Counted from the stretch's first letter, positions 1 to 9,751 are shown. The stretch: 33,254 nt of DNA from Anaerohalosphaeraceae bacterium (GCA_050309605.1 JBNRMN010000045.1:1-33254); one strand, 5' to 3'. Translations and numbers: made by a program. Notes: generated by a model not told the origin, from the sequence alone.

Positions 1-110
1 CGGCAGTCTCCTGTATAAAAGTGCTGTTTCCAACCCTTTTATCGGACAGATTGCCGTTTTTTGTTGAAATAATCACCATTTTCATCCAAAATCCCGATCA
101 GAAAAGTCAG
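1..110 (-). mobile_element. Putative left end of an insertion sequence (transposase would lie beyond the window edge)
   Basis: On the minus strand the sequence begins CTGACTTTTCTGATC right after the premature stop of the upstream gene and ends at ACAGGAGACTGCCG (Shine-Dalgarno-like) at the window edge. An imperfect inverted repeat (1-9 with 48-56, 15-21 with 36-42) would sequester that SD, an arrangement known for IS transposase genes. No frame continues the methyltransferase. Family not assignable. Confidence 0.4.
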
Positions 111-1358
111 TCAACTTGAGTAAGTAAAAAAACGCAAATGGGTAATATCCAAAGTTCCGACATTGCGATAAGTCCAGTTCCCTTTGAAAAATAAGTCAAA
201 TAATGTTTTATAATGCCGGATATTAGGAATTGAAGCAATCAGTACTCCGTCTTGATTAAGTTTATTTTTTAAATAACAAAGAAATTCAAAAGGATCTATC
301 AAATGCTCCAATACATCAAAACAAAAAATTACATCAAAATATTGATCCGGTATACTCTTTATAAGCTCAGTGGCATCACCACAGATAACACGATCCAAGT
401 AACACCGAGCCGTTTCAGCAGCATTAGGGTCGTATTCTAATGCCCATGTTTCACATTCATAACGCGATTTAACCTCGAGCGAAAAAAGTCCTTTGCCGGA
501 ACCTATTTCTAAGGTCCTTTGAGGCTTTCCACTGATGTATGAAAGCATTTCGAATCGCGAACTTGAAAAATAAGCTTCTGGTTTCTGTGTTAATTTAAAA
601 ACCGGAACCAAAGATTTTTTCTTCGATGCCCTCTTAAATTGACGTCGTAACTTCTTTACTTTGTAAAATTCAATCCAAGACCCTATTGTGTTTTTCAATT
701 TAATTACAGTGTAAGGTGATGAAATGACAGCAGGTACATTCTTGGATCGATAAAGTAACTGTAATTTTTTTCCTGCTAACCAAAAAGATTTATCCAATCT
801 TTGCTTGGTCGCCAAATACTCTACGCAGGCATCAATAGCAAAACAGGATAATCCTTTCTCTTTCGCCTGCAAACACAACTCAGTAGCATATAAGTGATGG
901 CTTATTAATTCTTCATTTAATGTTAATCCAGATTCTTTTTTAATAATAAAACAGACTTCACTCACTGACTGAACAGGAATCGGCAAATTATCACTTTTTA
1001 ACAAACAACCTCGATCAACGATATGACCGCATGGCAAATGGTCAAATCCAACGCCCAGTATTCCTAAAACGCCCCAATCAGAGCAAATAGTTTTTAGTAA
1101 TTCTAATTGGTTATCGAGCTGCTCGATCCAATTTTCAGGAAAGAAAACGTCTTGCTGAAAAAAAACAAGATATTGTCCTTTAGCAAGCATAAGACCTTTG
1201 TTCAATGCCTGAGGAACAGTTAGCTTTTTGAGTGTATTATTGATTTCAATAATTTCTATCACATCTTTCTGTGTTAACTTCTGTATCGACGCAAAAGCAA
1301 TCTTTTTATATTCAACTTCATCATGAATGCAAACAATTAATGAATATTTTGGCGACAT
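111..1358 (-). CDS. Glycosyltransferase (GT2-like, Glyco_tranf_2_5 type) fused to a class I SAM-dependent methyltransferase; probably C-terminally truncated
   Basis: N-terminal half has SLIVC, ALNKGL..AKGQYLVFFQQDV and HLYATELCLQA. C-terminal half has LEIGSGKG, FDVIFCFDVLEHLIDP, LIASIPNIRH and GTLDITHLRFFT, then stops three codons later. Visibly AT-rich. Confidence 0.8.
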   Translation of the reverse strand: MSPKYSLIVCIHDEVEYKKIAFASIQKLTQKDVIEIIEINNTLKKLTVPQALNKGLMLAKGQYLVFFQQDVFFPENWIEQLDNQLELLKTICSDWGVLGILGVGFDHLPCGHIVDRGCLLKSDNLPIPVQSVSEVCFIIKKESGLTLNEELISHHLYATELCLQAKEKGLSCFAIDACVEYLATKQRLDKSFWLAGKKLQLLYRSKNVPAVISSPYTVIKLKNTIGSWIEFYKVKKLRRQFKRASKKKSLVPVFKLTQKPEAYFSSSRFEMLSYISGKPQRTLEIGSGKGLFSLEVKSRYECETWALEYDPNAAETARCYLDRVICGDATELIKSIPDQYFDVIFCFDVLEHLIDPFEFLCYLKNKLNQDGVLIASIPNIRHYKTLFDLFFKGNWTYRNVGTLDITHLRFFTYSS

Positions 1359-1439
1359 TAATAGCGTCCCTCATTCTGAATATTTAAGATGAAAAAGACT
1401 CATTGTATTCGACTAAAATGTTTTTATCAGACTCCGAAA

Positions 1440-2504
1440 TCACAAGATTATTTCCATAGTAATTAAATAATCATTGGATTTTATAATAGCTGCCGGCAGC
1501 TGAATGTCTTGATCAATATAATATCGTTTCCATGCCTCCAGCCAGCGGCGGCGGGCGGGGCTGCCGAACAGTCGCCAGCGCAGGGCTTCCAGTTTGTGTT
1601 TCGGCTTAAACTGCATCACTTCATATTGTACCCCTTCGAAATCCAGAATAAATGTACGCTCATCACCGGCTTCGTGATTTTCGAGCAATTCAATCAGCCG
1701 TCGGGCGGATTCTGCATCAAAGGCTTCTTTGTAAAAAACGCCGCGATAATTCCGCTCTTTCAGGACAAAAAAGCGTTTACTGTTCCGCAGTGTCTTTTTA
1801 AGGGCCTTGGGCAGATACGCCTTGCGTCGGCGGGCCTTGAGCGTCTGCAATCGGTCGTACCAATCCGACGTCTGGTTCAGGCCGCGGGTACGACAATACA
1901 GCCGAAGCAACTCCGGTTCCTGTTCAAGAAACCGAGCGGGTATGCCGGTCAACAGCATCGCAAGCTGGCGGCAACTGTCATCAATTGAGATCGGCTTTGG
2001 CCGAAATTTCAATTTGGCCGCGTCAATCGCATAAATTTCAGACCCCGAAACGAGAAAATTGCCCGTATGCAGATCAAGCTGAACGACTCCGGCCTGATGC
2101 ATTCGAGCGACATAGCGGACAATCGCAACCAATATCGACTCGACGACCTGCGGCGACTGAGCCGACTTTAAGGCATCCAGCACATCAACGGCGTTTTCAA
2201 TCTTCTCAATTACCAGCACATCATGTCCCTTGTCGTCTTTTCCGCTCAGCAGAACCTCCGGCGCCGCCAACCCGCACCGTCTGAGCCGTTCCAGCCCCCG
2301 CTGCTCGCGCCGACACCGAAAACGATTAAACACATCTCCAAACTGCTTAACAACAACCGGCCGTCCCCCGTACGTGCCATCAAAAACGCTGCGCCGCCCG
2401 GCAATCGCCCGAAGGCGTCGGCCGCACTGCACGATATGCCGGCTTTGATCCGAAGCCGTCAGCGTCACATCAAAAGAGTCCATTGCGTCGATTCTGCTTT
2501 TCAT
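1440..2504 (-). CDS. Lipopolysaccharide kinase, Kdo/WaaP (InaA-like) family, with a partial second kinase-like domain
   Basis: VVVKQF, GLAAPEVL, MHQAGVVQLDLHTGNFLV and IYAID motifs; ATGA overlap with the upstream kinase gene. Confidence 0.8.
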   Translation of the reverse strand: MKSRIDAMDSFDVTLTASDQSRHIVQCGRRLRAIAGRRSVFDGTYGGRPVVVKQFGDVFNRFRCRREQRGLERLRRCGLAAPEVLLSGKDDKGHDVLVIEKIENAVDVLDALKSAQSPQVVESILVAIVRYVARMHQAGVVQLDLHTGNFLVSGSEIYAIDAAKLKFRPKPISIDDSCRQLAMLLTGIPARFLEQEPELLRLYCRTRGLNQTSDWYDRLQTLKARRRKAYLPKALKKTLRNSKRFFVLKERNYRGVFYKEAFDAESARRLIELLENHEAGDERTFILDFEGVQYEVMQFKPKHKLEALRWRLFGSPARRRWLEAWKRYYIDQDIQLPAAIIKSNDYLITMEIIL

Positions 2505-3178
2505 GGCCGCAGCCGCCGCTCCATATAAGGCCTGAGCAGTGGTTCTTCAAGTAAAAATTGATGATCGCGTTTGATATACGCCCTTCGCGTCAGGCTGCAC
2601 ATCCGTTTGCCCGAGCGGCTGTCGATCGGCACAATGGTCACGCCGCCGGCCTGTCGGACCACGAGCAGATTACGCGGCTTAAAATCCCAGTGGCAGAAAT
2701 GGCCGCCGTGCAGCCTCGCCAAAACCCGAATCAATTCATCAACAATTACGTCCAGCAACGCATTGTCCGGCGTTTTTCGCATTCGTTCAAGTATTTTGTC
2801 CAGGGATTCGGCATATTCAACCTCGCGCATCAAATAGATGCCGCACTTGATCAAACCGAGTCGATTGCACACGGCCGCCGCCAGAACCGGTTCGGGCTGG
2901 GCAATACCCAGTCGCGCCATCGTCGCCGAGTTGCGATACTCCCGCAATGCCTGCCTGTTGCGAAACGCGCCCAACAGCCGGTTGCGCTGCGGAAAATAAC
3001 GCTTGACATACACCGTCCCCAAGCCGTCTATATCCGCACGAAACACATCGGCCCAGTGCTTATGGACGATCCGCCGGCCGCGATCCCAGTGCAGAATCGA
3101 CTTGTCGCACAGCAGTCCGGCCTGCTCCAGTGTCGCCCGCCAGGATGGATTGATATAGTAAATCTTCAACTTCGACAT
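2501..3178 (-). CDS. Lipopolysaccharide kinase, Kdo/WaaP family
   Basis: VYVKRY, ALREYRN, GIAQPEP, LHGGHFCHWDFKPRNLLV and IDS motifs; ATG at 3178 (GTG at 3181 is an alternative start). Confidence 0.8.
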   Translation of the reverse strand: MSKLKIYYINPSWRATLEQAGLLCDKSILHWDRGRRIVHKHWADVFRADIDGLGTVYVKRYFPQRNRLLGAFRNRQALREYRNSATMARLGIAQPEPVLAAAVCNRLGLIKCGIYLMREVEYAESLDKILERMRKTPDNALLDVIVDELIRVLARLHGGHFCHWDFKPRNLLVVRQAGGVTIVPIDSRSGKRMCSLTRRAYIKRDHQFLLEEPLLRPYMERRLRP

Positions 3179-3198
3179 CACAACTCAAGAATCAATTC

Positions 3199-5364
3199 TT
3201 ACACCCCGCCGATCAACTGCGTCTCATACAGTCTCATATAGGTTGGGCAAGTCTGCATCAATTCCTCATGGCGGCCCTGGGCGACGATGCGGCCGTCGTC
3301 AAGCACGACGATGCGATCCGCGGAAATCACCGTACTGAACCGGTGGGCAATCAGAAAACAGGTTCTTCCTTTCATCAATGCTTCGAGAGCACGGTGAATT
3401 TTGGCTTCACTGTCGGCGTCAATCTGACTCATCGCCTCATCAAAGATGAGTATCCTTGGATTTTTCAAAATTGCCCGGGCGATGACGATCCGCTGCAATT
3501 GTCCGCCGGAAAATCCGCTGCTCTGCTCGCCGATCATCGAATCGTAGCCATCCGGCAGCGTGCCGATAAACTCATGGGCGTAAGCTTTTTGGGCCGCGGC
3601 GACGATCTCTTCGCGGGTTGCGTCTGGCTTGCTGTAAGCGATATTATTAGCCACCGTATCGTGAAAGGTGGTGATATTCTGAGTCACCATCCCGATCTGA
3701 TCGCGCAGACTGGCAAACGTTGCCTGATGAATGTTCTGCCCGTCGATAAGAATCTGCCCGCAGTCCGGATCGTAAAATCGCGGCAGCAGATTGACCAGCG
3801 TCGTTTTGCCCGAACCGTTGGCCCCGACGACCGCAACGGTCTGGCCGGCCGGGACGCTCAGGTTAATCCCCTTCAGCGCCGGCTGCGACGCACCGGGATA
3901 GGTAAAGACTATATCGCGAAATTCAATCGCGCGACTGAGCGGCTTGAGATCAAAGGCGTTCGGTTCTTCTTTTTCCAGCGGCTCATCGATAACGGCAAAG
4001 ACGCGCTCAGCCGCAGCGTTGGCCTGCTGCACATTGTTCCAGACATCGCTGACCTTGCGGACAGACTCGGCGGCGATCCCCAAACCCGCCAGCAGCGCAA
4101 AGAACGAGCTGGGCTGCATCCCGTCATACTGATACGTGACCCACGCAGCGCCCATCAAGATCACCGCCCCACCGACAATCATACCCAGCGCATCCATCAA
4201 CGGACTGGTCATCGCCTCAATCCTGGACATCCGCAGGTGATACTTCAGCAATGAACGATTGCTCTTTTCATATTGCTCAATCTCCCAGTTCTGCCGATTA
4301 TAGACCTTCACCACACGCAGCGCCGCCATCGCCTCCTGAATCCGTCCGAGCAGATGCGCGGTGGTAACCAGCGACTTTTTGGCAGCCTTTTTCATTTTCC
4401 GTCCCAATACGGCAATGACTCCGATGACAATCGGGCCGGAACACAGAAAGATCAGCGTTAGCTTCCAGTTGATGATAAACGCCGTCCCCAGCGCCCCGGC
4501 CGCAACCATCGGCTCACGCAGCGTCTTGCCAAACAGGATTTTAATCCCCCGCCCGCTCATGGTCACATCGCTGATGATCCGGCTGGTGGTGTCGCTGGTG
4601 CCGCGGGACGAAAAAAAGCCCACCGGCATAAACATCACATGCCGAAAGACATCCTCGCGAAGTTGTGCGTTCGCGATGGACACAATCTTTTCAGCCAGGA
4701 ACGACTGGTAATACCGCGCCAAACATCGCAGAATCGTGACCACGGTCAACCCCACTATCACCAGCACCATCGCGTTAAAGACTGTTTCTCTGTTGCCGTC
4801 GCGGGGGATGAAACTCAGCGGCCATTGCGCCGCATCGGCAAAAAACGGCTTGGCAGGGATCGAGTCCGAAACCGACAACAATTCGACTTGTCCCTGAAGA
4901 TCGGGCCGGCGAATCGTTAGTTCGAGGACGCTCTGCTCTTCAGAGACGGCCAGCCATTCGAGCATCACGGCGGGTTTGGTTGTGCGCTCGGCGGTATCCT
5001 GACGCTCAACGGCGGCGATCAAATCGCCCTGCCGTAGTCCGAGGCTGTCGGCCCACGCATCGCTGTCAACGCGATTGACCAAAAGATACTGCACGACGTC
5101 GGCCTCGTCGTCGGCAAAATCGCTGCGGCTGGGCACATAAAAATCCATTCCATACCGCCGATTGCAGATTTTCCGATCCACCCAGCTATGCAGCCCTTCT
5201 TCTTCCATCATCACCTTCAGTAAGGGGATAATCGTCAGAAACGAGGCCGAAAACATCACCGAAATCAGCAGTGCCCACAAAAACACCGCAATCAAACGCG
5301 GCCACTGAGGCCAGACGTACCCCAGCACGCGCCAAAATGCGGTCAAATTCCCTTTATCGCTCAT
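3199..5364 (-). CDS. ABC exporter, fused permease/ATPase (MsbA-like), with a PDZ-like insertion in the first extracytoplasmic loop
   Basis: Transmembrane domain followed by Walker A GANGSGKT, signature FSGGQLQR, Walker B ILIFDEA and IAHR; about 140 extra residues between TM1 and TM2. Confidence 0.9.
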   Translation of the reverse strand: MSDKGNLTAFWRVLGYVWPQWPRLIAVFLWALLISVMFSASFLTIIPLLKVMMEEEGLHSWVDRKICNRRYGMDFYVPSRSDFADDEADVVQYLLVNRVDSDAWADSLGLRQGDLIAAVERQDTAERTTKPAVMLEWLAVSEEQSVLELTIRRPDLQGQVELLSVSDSIPAKPFFADAAQWPLSFIPRDGNRETVFNAMVLVIVGLTVVTILRCLARYYQSFLAEKIVSIANAQLREDVFRHVMFMPVGFFSSRGTSDTTSRIISDVTMSGRGIKILFGKTLREPMVAAGALGTAFIINWKLTLIFLCSGPIVIGVIAVLGRKMKKAAKKSLVTTAHLLGRIQEAMAALRVVKVYNRQNWEIEQYEKSNRSLLKYHLRMSRIEAMTSPLMDALGMIVGGAVILMGAAWVTYQYDGMQPSSFFALLAGLGIAAESVRKVSDVWNNVQQANAAAERVFAVIDEPLEKEEPNAFDLKPLSRAIEFRDIVFTYPGASQPALKGINLSVPAGQTVAVVGANGSGKTTLVNLLPRFYDPDCGQILIDGQNIHQATFASLRDQIGMVTQNITTFHDTVANNIAYSKPDATREEIVAAAQKAYAHEFIGTLPDGYDSMIGEQSSGFSGGQLQRIVIARAILKNPRILIFDEAMSQIDADSEAKIHRALEALMKGRTCFLIAHRFSTVISADRIVVLDDGRIVAQGRHEELMQTCPTYMRLYETQLIGGV

Positions 5365-5406
5365 GCGTTACCTTTCGCGTTCCGGACATCTCAAATGAAA
5401 CGCAAA

Positions 5407-5435
5407 ACGGTAACCGATACAGCCCATTCTGTCAA
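5407..5435 (-). promoter_or_regulatory. Putative sigma70 promoter of the ABC exporter/kinase operon
   Basis: TTGACA (5435-5430), 17 nt spacer, TACCGT (5412-5407). Confidence 0.4.
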
Positions 5436-5522
5436 GAACGAATCCACTTAATTCCAAATAAAAGAAGGCTTTGTCTTGTTTTGTGCCTTTACCTCACATT
5501 TCCACCAAACTACAATAGAAAC

Positions 5523-5550
5523 TTGACAAAATGATGTCGCAATCTATTAT
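5523..5550 (+). promoter_or_regulatory. Putative sigma70 promoter of the methyltransferase
   Basis: TTGACA, 16 nt spacer, TATTAT, ending about 43 nt upstream of ATG 5594. Confidence 0.45.
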
Positions 5551-5593
5551 TCCTATATTTCATAAACAATGTTCAAGTGATACGGGACAACTT

Positions 5594-6376
5594 ATGACAA
5601 CCAAACAATGGTATGAATCGCTGTTTGAAAACTACGGGCGCAAATATGAAGGGGAATGCTACGTTCACGGCACGGTCGGGGAGTGTGATTTCATTGAGCG
5701 GGAATTGGCCTTTGACAAATCCAAGAGGATCCTTGACATCGGCTGCGGGACGGGCCGGCATGCTGTCGAGCTGGCCGGACGCGGCTATTGCGTTACCGGC
5801 ATTGATCTGTCCGAGTCGATGCTGGCCGTGGCCCGCGAGAAAGCCGCCGCGGCCGGGGTGTCCGTCGATTTTCGCCGCTGTGACGCGCGCGACCTGCCCT
5901 TTAAGGCCGAATTCGACGCCGCTATTTTACTCTGCGGAGGCGCGTTTCCCCTTATGGAAACCGACGAGATGAACTACCAAATCCTCCAAAACGCCGCCCG
6001 TGCCCTCAAGCCGCACGGCACGTTCATCTTGACCACACTCAACGGCCTGTTTCCCCTGTTTCACTCGGTCAAGGACTTTCTCGAGTCTGCCGCCGCTGAA
6101 AACGACGCCGCTAAAAAAAGCCATTCATTCGACAGCCACTCCTTCGACCTGATGACCTTCCGCGACCACGTCGTCGCGACCTTCACCGACGACGACGGCA
6201 ACCCAATCGAACTGACCTGCAATGAACGCTGCTACGTCCCCTGCGAGATCACCTGGCTGCTGGCGTCCCTCGGCTTTGGGCCAATCGACATCTTCGGCGC
6301 CAAGCTCGGCGCCTTTTCGCGCGACGACAAACTCACCACCGAAGACTTCGAAATGCTCGTTGTGGCTCAAAAATAA
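5594..6376 (+). CDS. Class I SAM-dependent methyltransferase
   Basis: ILDIGCGTGRH, VTGIDLSESML, CDARDLPF, FDAAI and LKPHGTFIL motifs; start placed at MTTKQWYESLF (ORF is open from 5531). Confidence 0.88.
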   Translation: MTTKQWYESLFENYGRKYEGECYVHGTVGECDFIERELAFDKSKRILDIGCGTGRHAVELAGRGYCVTGIDLSESMLAVAREKAAAAGVSVDFRRCDARDLPFKAEFDAAILLCGGAFPLMETDEMNYQILQNAARALKPHGTFILTTLNGLFPLFHSVKDFLESAAAENDAAKKSHSFDSHSFDLMTFRDHVVATFTDDDGNPIELTCNERCYVPCEITWLLASLGFGPIDIFGAKLGAFSRDDKLTTEDFEMLVVAQK

Positions 6377-6399
6377 CCCCGGCGGCCGTCAAAGCCATT

Positions 6400-7413
6400 C
6401 TACCGCCCTGCGTACATCGACTCGTAATAGGTTTGATACCGGCCGGAAACGACGTGGGTCAGCCATTCGGTTTGGGACAGGTACCAGTCGATGGTTTGGG
6501 CGATGCCTTCTTCGAAACTGACCGACGGCTTCCAGCCCAATTCCGACATCATCTTTGACGAATCAATCGCGTAGCGGCGGTCATGTCCGGGGCGGTCTTT
6601 GACGTGGCGAATCAGCGATTCGGGCTTATTGAGCCGCTTGAGAATCAGCCCGACCACCTCCAGATTGGTCTTTTCGTTGTTGCCGCCGATATTATACACC
6701 GTGTTGGGCCTGCCCTCGGTAAGTACCTTCCAGACCGCCGTGCAGTGGTCATAAACATACAGCCAGTCGCGAACATACAGCCCGTCGCCATAAACAGGCA
6801 GTTCCTTGTCATTCAGGGCATTGTTGATCATCAGCGGGATCATCTTTTCCGGGAACTGGTACGGCCCGTAGTTGTTCGAGCAGCGGGTGATGTTGTACCG
6901 CAGCCCCCAGCTATGCCCGAATGCCTGGACGAGCATATCAGCCGAGGCCTTGCTGGCCGAATACGGCGAGTTGGGACTCAACGGTGTCGTCTCCGTAAAG
7001 AATCCCTCGGGGCCGAGCGACCCATAAACCTCATCGGTCGAAATCTGCACAAATCGCTCAAGCTTTTTTTCAAGGGCGAGCTTCAGCAGTGTCAAAGTCC
7101 CTTTAACATTGGTTTCGATGAATACGCCCGGCTCGACCAGTGAGCGGTCCACGTGGCTTTCGGCGGCAAAATTGATGATAGCGTCCACGCCGTGCTCGTC
7201 AATGATCCGCGTGACCCGCTCGGCATCGCAGATATCGCCCTTGACGAACGTATGGCGGGGATGGTCCATATACCCTTTCAGGTTTTCGAGATTGCCCGCA
7301 TAGGTCAGGCTGTCCAGATTGACCACTTTGACATCGGGGTGTTCCTCCAGCACCATTCTCACAAAATTGCTGCCGATAAACCCGGCCCCGCCGGTAACGA
7401 CGATGGTTCGCAT
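6400..7413 (-). CDS. rmlB: dTDP-glucose 4,6-dehydratase
   Basis: VTGGAGFIGSN, AAESHVDRS, STDEVYG, YSASK and DRPGHDRRY motifs. Confidence 0.97.
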   Translation of the reverse strand: MRTIVVTGGAGFIGSNFVRMVLEEHPDVKVVNLDSLTYAGNLENLKGYMDHPRHTFVKGDICDAERVTRIIDEHGVDAIINFAAESHVDRSLVEPGVFIETNVKGTLTLLKLALEKKLERFVQISTDEVYGSLGPEGFFTETTPLSPNSPYSASKASADMLVQAFGHSWGLRYNITRCSNNYGPYQFPEKMIPLMINNALNDKELPVYGDGLYVRDWLYVYDHCTAVWKVLTEGRPNTVYNIGGNNEKTNLEVVGLILKRLNKPESLIRHVKDRPGHDRRYAIDSSKMMSELGWKPSVSFEEGIAQTIDWYLSQTEWLTHVVSGRYQTYYESMYAGR

Positions 7414-7425
7414 ACGATCTCCCTG

Positions 7426-8283
7426 TCACGAATTTTCAGTTAAATATCTGCTTAACGGTTCTTTCCACTGTTCGATGGATCGATTGAGCACGGCTTCGAT
7501 TTTATGGCAGTTGAATCGGCTGTTGAGCGGACGTTTGGCCGCGGTCGGAAAATCGGAGGTCTTGCAGGGATTCAAATCAACCTGCATACCAAGAGTATCA
7601 AAAATAAACTGCGCCATCCCATACCGACTGACGTACCCCCCGGCCGCCAGATGAAACACGCCCTCGGGAAAATCGTTTTCCAAAAGCTCGCAAATCGTCT
7701 GCGAAACCAGCGTCGTCGCCGTCGGCGCCCCGACCTGGTCATCGACCACCCGCAGGGGTTTTCCCCCGTGCGCCGCCGCCAACAACTTGTGCACAAAATT
7801 GACGCCGTGCCGACCATAAGTCCACTCAATACGGACAATACAATGCCGGCAACCCGACGCGGCCAGGGCCTGCTCGCCGCGCCATTTGGACCGGCCGTAC
7901 GCACTGACGGGATTAGGCGTGTCGGTTTCGACATAGGGCCGATCCAGCGTCCCGTCAAAGACAAAATCCGTACTGATGTGCAGCACCGGCACACTGGATT
8001 TCCGCGCGAGGTCGCCCAATTGACCGACAGCCCGGGCATTGACCAAATCTGCCGGTTCCGGCTCGCTTTCGGCCTTTTCCACGTTGGTATAAGCGGCACA
8101 ATTGACAAGGATTCCCCCCGCCGCAACGGCCCGCTGCAGGTGCTCGGTCTGTGTAATGTCAAATTCCGGCAAATCCAGCGTCGTCAGCGACCAGCCGCGT
8201 TTGGCTGCGATTGCCGTCAGGTCGCTGCCGAGCATCCCTTTGGCACCGAGCAGAGTCATTTGTTTGGAACCACGCACAATCAC
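7426..8283 (-). CDS. rmlD: dTDP-4-dehydrorhamnose reductase
   Basis: GAKGMLG, NCAAYTNVEKAE, ISTDFVFDG, YGRSKWRGE and VDDQVGAPT motifs. Confidence 0.95.
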   Translation of the reverse strand: MIVRGSKQMTLLGAKGMLGSDLTAIAAKRGWSLTTLDLPEFDITQTEHLQRAVAAGGILVNCAAYTNVEKAESEPEPADLVNARAVGQLGDLARKSSVPVLHISTDFVFDGTLDRPYVETDTPNPVSAYGRSKWRGEQALAASGCRHCIVRIEWTYGRHGVNFVHKLLAAAHGGKPLRVVDDQVGAPTATTLVSQTICELLENDFPEGVFHLAAGGYVSRYGMAQFIFDTLGMQVDLNPCKTSDFPTAAKRPLNSRFNCHKIEAVLNRSIEQWKEPLSRYLTENS

Positions 8284-8837
8284 CCTCCATAATGAGGCAG
8301 CTTATCTTCAGGAATGTCCTTAAGCCGTGAATAAGCGTTGTCTTTTTCCGACAACTGCGGCTGGTCGATGCCCCAGGGAATATTCAGGTCCGGATCGCTC
8401 CAGAGTACCCCGCCTTCAGCCGACGGAGTGTAATAATCCGTACACTTATACGCAAAAATCGCCGTTTCGCTCAGAACGCAAAACCCGTGGGCAAATCCCG
8501 GCGGAACATAGAGCTGTCGAAAATTTTCATCCGACAGATTCACCGCCGCGAACCGGCCGAAAGTCGGCGACCCGACGCGAATATCCACGGCCACATCCAG
8601 CACCTCGCCCTCGAGCACCTGTACCAGTTTGCCCTGGGCGTTGGGGTTCTGAAAGTGCAGCCCGCGAAGAACGCCCCGTTGTGAACGGGACACATTGTCC
8701 TGTACAAATGTCACATCCAGCCCGGCCTCGGCGTAGCGCTGCCGATTCCACGTCTCCATAAAAAACCCGCGCGCATCGCCGAACACTTTCGGCTCAAAGA
8801 TCCACACGCCCTCCAGCTCTGTCAAAATTCGATTCAT
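8280..8837 (-). CDS. rmlC: dTDP-4-dehydrorhamnose 3,5-epimerase
   Basis: [30 protein letters not shown] and GFAHGF motifs. Confidence 0.97.
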   Translation of the reverse strand: MNRILTELEGVWIFEPKVFGDARGFFMETWNRQRYAEAGLDVTFVQDNVSRSQRGVLRGLHFQNPNAQGKLVQVLEGEVLDVAVDIRVGSPTFGRFAAVNLSDENFRQLYVPPGFAHGFCVLSETAIFAYKCTDYYTPSAEGGVLWSDPDLNIPWGIDQPQLSEKDNAYSRLKDIPEDKLPHYGG

Positions 8838-9715
8838 CGTGCTTTTCCCTCAATCAGCGCCAGCAGATATTGTCCATAATGATTTTTTCGGAGCGGATCG
8901 GCCAGCCGATGCAACTGTTCGGCGTCGATCCAGCCCATCCGAAACGCAATTTCTTCCGGACAGGAAATCATCAGTCCCTGCCGCTGCTGGACGGTCTGGA
9001 CGAAATTACCCGCTTGCAGCATGGATTCGGGCGTGCCGGTATCCAGCCAGGCAATGCCGCGTCCGAGAAGCTCGACCTTTAATTCTCCATCTTTAAGATA
9101 GACATTATTGACTGCGGTGATTTCCAGCTCACCGCGGGCGGACGGCTTAATCGAGGCGGCAATCTCGGTAATCCGGCTGTCGTAAAAATACAATCCCACC
9201 GCCGCGTAATTGGATTTGGGAGCGGACGGCTTTTCTTCAATGCTGAGTACATGGCCGCTGTCGTCAAACTCGATAACGCCGTAGCGCTCAGGGTCGCGAA
9301 CAAAATAACCGAAAATCGTTGCCCCCTCGGTTCGCTGTGCGGCGGCGCGAAGCGAAGCCACCAGTCCGTGACCGTAAAAGATATTGTCTCCCAACACAAG
9401 ACACGCCGGGCCGCCATCCAAAAAATCGCGTCCGATGATAAACGCCTGGGCCAGCCCTTCCGGATGCGGCTGCTCGGCATATTCAATCCGCATGCCAAAT
9501 TGCCTGCCGTCGCCGAGTAAATGCCGATACAGCGGCAAATCCTGAGGCGTCGAAATCACCAGCACCTCGCGAATCCCGGCCAGCATCAGCACCGACAGCG
9601 GATAATACACCATTGGTTTGTCATACACCGGCAAAAGCTGTTTGCTGACCGCCTGGGTTACCGGATAGAGCCGCGTGCCGCTGCCCCCGGCCAATATGAT
9701 CCCTTTTTGTATCAC
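8834..9715 (-). CDS. rmlA: Glucose-1-phosphate thymidylyltransferase
   Basis: [34 protein letters not shown] and WLDTGT motifs; GTG start with AGGAGG RBS. Confidence 0.97.
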   Translation of the reverse strand: MIQKGIILAGGSGTRLYPVTQAVSKQLLPVYDKPMVYYPLSVLMLAGIREVLVISTPQDLPLYRHLLGDGRQFGMRIEYAEQPHPEGLAQAFIIGRDFLDGGPACLVLGDNIFYGHGLVASLRAAAQRTEGATIFGYFVRDPERYGVIEFDDSGHVLSIEEKPSAPKSNYAAVGLYFYDSRITEIAASIKPSARGELEITAVNNVYLKDGELKVELLGRGIAWLDTGTPESMLQAGNFVQTVQQRQGLMISCPEEIAFRMGWIDAEQLHRLADPLRKNHYGQYLLALIEGKAR

Positions 9716-9751
9716 AAAAACCTCCTTGTGAACACATCATTAAAAGATGAA

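Noticed and set aside
1158..1165. A8 tract as a phase-variation site in the glycosyltransferase
   Set aside because: Short, in frame, and expected by chance in AT-rich DNA.
3268..4254. 328-aa ORF antisense to the ABC ATPase domain
   Set aside because: Typical antisense frame of ABC genes; no independent evidence.
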